A stretch of 41,292 nt of DNA from Octopus bimaculoides (Eukaryota). Positions 35,250-41,292 of this stretch are shown piece after piece; the stretch's first letter is position 1, and every line of letters begins with the position of its first letter. The stretch is taken from NCBI RefSeq assembly GCF_001194135.2, contig NC_068983.1, forward strand, positions 107,712,769 to 107,754,060, given 5' to 3'. The notes under the pieces were generated by a model that saw only the letters and a list, made by a program, of their open reading frames with translations, had not been told where the DNA came from and made no database searches. The position numbers and the translations under genes are program-made.

Positions 35250-37720
35250 AGATCATTCTAACCCAAAATCTGTCATCTCTATTTCTCTACATTCAGCAAC
35301 AATCTCTACTGTTTGAACTCCACCTGCATTCAACATTTGGTTGACCTCCAATCCTGAATGAGAGGTCATCTGTCTCAATCCATCTCTCTATACAGATATG
35401 TTCCTTAGTGACAATGATGATAGAAAGGACAAATCATCAGCTATTTTGAGTCCTTACTAACCCATGTCCCTGATATGCAGTCTCTTCCAATACTCTTCAC
35501 ATTTTTTGCCTCACCTTATCCTTGTCATCACTGACTGTATTAACATGGATTCAAGTGAATCCCTCTCACAACTTCCCAGCAGAAAACAATACCTTTCTCC
35601 ATCTCTGGAACTTTAAGTCAGTTATCTAAGTGTGGCTGAAACCTGTTCTGAGCTAACTATTTTTTCACCCCTGTCCCATCCAAGACAGTGAAATAGGTAA
35701 CTGGTGTCATTTTGTTTTGTTGGACCCCTGTGCTACATATACAACCAAATACTACAAATCCCAAATCACTTCAGTGTTTCCCTTGCTGATGCTCTGAAGA
35801 TGGGTCTTCTGGCTCTTACTTGAAGGCTCTCTACTCTGTAGAATACTTTTACTTTCCACATCTCCATAAAAATATCTCAATATCTTTCCCTTTCATTGAT
35901 AAAGCCACCATATTTAGTGCATATATTGTTTCAAATGCTACACTGCACATATGCAGCAAAACTCCTCCCACACTCTTCTTATCCAATCCAACTGTTGCAC
36001 CAAAGTATATAAGTAAAAAAAAAAAACCAAAACTCTTTCTCTCTGATCATTTTAACCCAACAAAGGAACTAGTTTTGTCAATGTTATTTCCATTAATCTC
36101 AATCAGTACACTAGAATTTGATCCTATTATGTTTAAATTCTCTCTCACTCTTTCTTTCTCTCTCTCTCTCTCTGAACTTAATTATCTTTTCTTATCTTGA
36201 TTCAGGTATACTAGGCAGAGTGAATCTCATTCTCCAAAACAATAACCTCTCTAACCCCCCAACTACAGCACTCTTGTGTTAAAGGTGATAGGAAAACCTC
36301 AATTTTTATAACTTTATGTCTTGATAATTGGTATAGCTTATGTACAATGAGGGCTACTGACTGTAGTCTTGCTGTGCTACATCATGCACCAATGCTCTTT
36401 TGACCTTCAGTGATTCTGCATAGCAATGCTGGTGCTATCAATATCAATGAAATATTTGATTGTGTTTACCAAATGAAAATCTGTTATCTGCAGTAAGTTA
36501 TCTGTGTGTGAAATCCCTTCACTTTTGATCAGATGTTTTCTACCAGACTATTTATTTTAGTAGGGCATGCATTGATCAAGCTCTTTCCTGATGATTATCA
36601 GTAGAATCTGGTATGACTCAAAACTTGGTTAGGTTTCATACACTTTTTAAAAAAAATCATATATTAATAACCTATTTCCACATGTAGCCCCACACATTCT
36701 TGTACACTTTCTTTACTTCTGAATTTTCCACACATCCACAGTTATGCAGTTAAGACAACTTGCACTATGCATGCTCTGATTACATGAGCAAAGATAGCCA
36801 AAACATCTTCCAATGGAGACATAACAAACAAAGTACTTCTAATAGAACAAAAAACTCTTGCTACAACTATGGAAACAATCTTGCAGTACCCTCCATATAT
36901 CTCAACAATACCTATCTAAAATACTCAAATTTTATAATGATTGTCGGGTCCCACAATATGTAATCTTTCTTGGCCAAATTGCATATAATATTCTCAAATC
37001 TAAATCCAAAATGTGGGCTTCCTCTTCAATTCTACGAAAAAATCAGTTGCTGCACCTCTGAAAATAAATGCAAGGCTCACGTTGTATTGCTCTCATATTT
37101 ATGATAGTGTTACATGGCTGTCTTACTTACAAACACCTTGATCACATCCCCACCAAAAATTATTGGCTGATTCACAAAGACTCATTCTCTATGTTTTATA
37201 ACTGCTAACTCATAGGTATGTGGAGGTGCAATGGCCCAGTGGTTAGGGCAGTGGACTTGTGGTTGGAGGATCGTGGTTTCGATTCCCAGACCGGGCAATG
37301 TGTGTGTTTATTGAGCGAAAACACCTAAAGCTCTGCAAGGCTCTGGCAGGGGGTGGTGGTGACCCCTGTTGTACTCTTTTGCCCCAACTTTTTCTCACTC
37401 TTTCTTCCTGTTTCTTGAGTAATGCTGCGATGGACTGGTGTCCCGTCCAGCTGGGGGGAACACATACACCATAGAAACTGGGAAATCGGACCCATGAGCC
37501 TGGCTAGGCTTGAAAAGGGCGCATAAATAAAAAAATAACTCATAGGCATGCCTTTTTCTATGTGATTCTTCTGTATCTTATAAAAACCTCAGCTTCTCTG
37601 ATCAAGCTACGTAACATTCTCTTCTCAGTATTGTGTCTCATATCCTAAACTCCACTTTCAACAGATTTTCAGTCAGTCCTCTCCTGAACTACTGTCCTCC
37701 ATATTGACTTCCTTATTTAC
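35250..37720 (+). mobile_element. Old, heavily decayed CR1-like LINE ORF2, interrupted by the SINE at 37221-37535
   Basis: Collinear degenerate motifs: DKATIFSAYIVSNATL (about 35900), AININEIFDCV (about ALDI.KAFD.V; 36440), VESGMTQ (about V..GVPQG; 36600), IHSYA (36735), PSIYLNNT and RLTLYCSHIYD (37075). Confidence 0.6.
37221..37535 (+). mobile_element. tRNA-derived SINE with family-B head but a different, V-SINE-like 3' half
   Basis: 15-bp TSD TAACTCATAGG(T/C)ATG at 37206-37220 and 37536-37550. About 195 bp match the family-B head, then GCTGCGATGGACTGGTGTCCCGTCCAG (37424-37450) and an A-rich tail. Confidence 0.85.
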
Positions 37721-38749
37721 TGACATTTAAACTTTAAAAAACTATCAGAGTGGCTGTGTAGTAAGAAACTTGCTTCCCAACCATGTAGTTTCAGGTTCAG
37801 TCTCAATGCATGGCATCTTAGGCAAGTGTCTTCTACTATAGCCTCGGGCTGACCAAAGCCTTGTGAGTGGATTTGGTAGACAGAAACTGAAAGAAGCCTG
37901 CCGTGTATATATATATTTCTATATGTGTGTGTGTGTATGTGTGTCTGTATATATGCATTTGTGTATCTGTGTATCACTTGACAACCAATGTTGGTGTGTT
38001 TACATACCTGTAACTTAGCAGTGTGGCAATAAAGATCGATAGAATAAGTACTAGGCTTTTCTCGACTAAAGGTGGTGCTCCAGCATGGCTGCAGTCAAAT
38101 GACTGAAACAAGTAAAAGAACAAAAGAATATTCATTAAAGAGAAATTCAATTTTTGTATCTGATTCATCTAAATTCATGGAAGGAATGGGCAGAGATGAT
38201 GTAAGGTAGAAGGTATTCATTGAAGTTATATATAACTACCTCTCTAATATGAGTACTACAATAAAATGACCAAGCCTATTCTGGTCATTTGTTGCTGATA
38301 GGAAGATGAACAACCTGTAAAAAGCATGTCAAACTTATATGATAAAACAATAGATCAGGCCATTCTTTATACCTCCTGCTGTGTGAGTGTCAGATGCTGA
38401 TGGACTGTGACAGGTTACAACATACTGTTAGATCTGGCTGACCCATGCCGGCAGAAAAGATGGAAGTAAAATTATGAAGAAGATGAAGTTGTATACTCCT
38501 CTATTTTAATAAGGAGTAAATCATAGTTTGTATTCAATTGTAGTATATTAGACCCCACACATCCCTTTTGTGTCAACAAAGGTGTATTGATCATTGTTAT
38601 ATGCTTTTAAACACACTCACATACATACAATTTATGTATACACAATATAACAACATATAGCATTATGTGTATATATACCTGACTGTGCATTATAACATTT
38701 TGATAGGCATTTTTCTACAAGAATCATTTATTGATGCACTCTTTGCCCC

Positions 38750-39460
38750 TCATGATACAAATGATCCATTGAAGTTAAACTGATGGATTTATTTCATATA
38801 TAGGAAAGTTCTTTTAATGCCCAGTTAAGTTCCATGAAGAGGTTGTAGTTGCTGTATCCTCTCTGTCATATTTACCATATTTCTGAAAGATACATCTATG
38901 ATATCTTTATATATATAACTTAGTCACCAACAAAATGGCAACATCAACAGCTATGTTTACTGTACTTGCGTCTTGTTATTTTTATACTACACTTGTACAC
39001 AAGATCCACTTAGTATTGTTTCAATGATTCACAACATCATTAATTACAGTTATTATGCAGTATTGAATTTCTATTTACTGCAATTATTGTTTTATACTTG
39101 AAATGCTAAGTATTGTAATGGTATTGAGCTTAGTACTACTTACCCCTTTCTAATAATGTGTTCAATCTCATATCGCTTAGCTATGTTTTATGTTAGATCT
39201 TTTTAATTGAGTTCTTCTCTTCACTGTTTCATCATTGCTTCATCTCTTGTATGAAAAGTAAGTCATCAATATACAAAAGCCATTGAGTGTGTTAAGTCCT
39301 CAGTAATAATTCCAAGGGAGAGGATGGAGGGGAACGACTTAAAATTATTCTTTAGAGGATATTTATGATTTATCCAAATGTCTTCTCCTACATTATCTGA
39401 ACAGCTTTCATTACACCTTCTTTGCTATTGTCTAACAGGCGAATTAATACAGGATTCTGC
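38750..39460 (-). mobile_element. Very old non-LTR RT fragment (R4/NeSL-like, tentative)
   Basis: Minus strand LLYIDDLL at 39262-39273, preceded by a degenerate SSPL motif and followed by weak AIN and RG.QQL-like remnants. Confidence 0.4.
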
Positions 39461-39972
39461 CAGATAATACATATATGTTTATAAATCCAAAGTAACATTT
39501 GAATTCTGTCAAGTACTTCTTACTATCTCACATGAAGTTATTACACTTTTATGTCCCATTTCATTGTTATTTATGTCCAATTATTTATTATCCATTTATT
39601 ATAAAGATATATTACATAGCAGACAGCATTTCCTACATAACTACCATTAACCTATTGGTTTGACGTTTGACTCAGAAGAGCTTTGGGAATATGTACAATA
39701 CCAAATTCATACACAGCAACAATCTTGATGCAATAGGTCTCAAGATACGTGGAGTAAAGCAGAGCATTTAAATGTGTAAATAATTTCCCTCCTTGTGGTA
39801 GTTGTCTGATATTTACTTATTTAGTTGTTGTTGCTGTCAAACTCAAAATCACACCATTCTGTCTTTCTGTATGTCAAGAACAATGTCTAATATCTCTACA
39901 ATCTACAAACTATAAATGACATTCTAAAGCATTTTAACTGCCTTATTTAGCAGATCAAATGATTGTGTAGAC

Positions 39973-40406
39973 CAGTGATTCTCAATGTGGGACCAGTGAT
40001 TCTCAATGTGCCATATTGGTGGTGCAAGGGATCAGAAATGTTTTTCTGTTTCCGTTAGTAGGACATGGAATTGTGAAAATCATTTTTCACTGCAAACATA
40101 CTACCCCTATACTCAACCTAGCCAAAGAGATCACTCCAGTCGAACATACTGTGTGAAGACTATTTGCAACAATAGAGCACTATTCTAAATAACCTAGTGT
40201 AGATATTTTTTTTAAGGAAAGTGTATAATTATAAAAAGTTGATACTCAGTATTTAATAAAAGAATTGCTGGCAGATTCTTTTGTATTAAATAATTGTGAT
40301 AAAATATTAGAAATAAAGTTGCTTTTTTTTTCAACCACCTGTGAGACATACATTTTTCTAGAAAGTTGTAGTGGAGCCTGGGAAGAAAATAGGTTGGGAA
40401 ACATTG
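39973..40406. mobile_element. hAT (Charlie-like) MITE
   Basis: Ends CAGTGATTCTCAA and TTGGGAAACATTG (13-bp imperfect TIR). 8-bp TSD GTGTAGAC (39965-39972) / GTGTAGAT (40407-40414), resembling the NTCTAGAN preference of Charlie elements. Confidence 0.75.
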
Positions 40407-41029
40407 GTGTAGATGTTCATTCATTGACTGATATATTTAGTTGATAACGATGGCAGTCACTACAGTACCCTTCTGTGGTACTTTATTTCTGTATATATTT
40501 TATTTTTATGTATTTTATGTCAGATTTCTAAACAATGTCATCAGTGATTGCTGGTTTGCCGCATTTACAATTGTGAAAATGACAAATAAATGTTTGTGCA
40601 ATTTAGGTGGAACAACTACTACCATATATTTGGTGTACAGAACAAAATTCGAGCCTCAAAAAAAGAAAAAGAAAGAAAAAAACTCTCCAAAACTAGAGGT
40701 AGTTTTAACCCTTTAGTATTTAAACTGGGTTTACCTGGCCCAAATGTTTTACCTGCTTTATGTTCAAACTGGCCAGATTCATCCTCTCACACCTACCTTT
40801 CAATGTCACTCTATAAATAATCTAAATGCTAAAGAGTACAAAATCTGAACCATAACATGCTGTAGTTTACAGTGTCACTAATGGTGGTAGACGACTCCTG
40901 TTTTAGTTCAGCAACACTGATTTATCAGTTTTCATGTTAACATTCACAAAATATAAGCAAGCGTGCGCGTGTGCATGCACACACACACACACACACGCAC
41001 GCGCGCGCACACACACACTCATACACATA

Positions 41030-41292
41030 TCAGGTCATCCCATAAGTTCTGTCTGATTTTACCTTTTTTAAAACTGAATGAAATTTAATAGTATTTTAGA
41101 ATGTCTAATGGAATTAAAAATTATTTTTATGCATTTGTGTACATTTAGACTATTTAAATATTATTTTACAGAATAATAGAATTAAAATTTCTTTGATTAA
41201 ATCCCTTTCTAACATGGAAGTATCCAAAGAGCATTTGAGGCACATAATGCTTTATGAGTACAAAAAAGGAAACTTTGCAGCCGAAGTGACAT
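41030..41292 (+). mobile_element. 5' end of a third mariner element, running off the right edge
   Basis: TA (41028-41029) followed by TIR-like TCAGGTCATCCCATAAGTTCTGTC. ATG 41214 begins MEVSKEHLRHIMLYEYKKGNFAAEVT, a mariner N-terminal HTH start. Confidence 0.8.

Overview
Eukaryotic, AT-rich, microsatellite-dense non-coding DNA with three assembly gaps. The repeat families look to me like those of an octopus-type cephalopod; this is an inference from recalled repeat motifs, not from a search. No intact host protein-coding gene can be supported, and nearly all ORFs in the track are microsatellite, N-run or antisense-transposon artefacts. The window is mostly transposon remains: three mariner elements, a decayed Mutator (MULE) transposase, RTE, CR1-like and R4/NeSL-like LINE fragments, several tRNA-derived SINE families, hAT/piggyBac/Mutator-type MITEs and a probable non-autonomous Helitron. 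The most interesting signal is a small non-autonomous family present twice (2550-2865 and 24730-24982). It joins a tRNA-like Pol III head, a trinucleotide microsatellite and a minimal type-I hammerhead-ribozyme motif of the kind known from Penelope-like elements. Both copies have 9-bp target-site duplications and an inverted segment at the 5' end. In one copy a deletion starts exactly at the predicted self-cleavage site. Neither copy carries a fully intact ribozyme fold.
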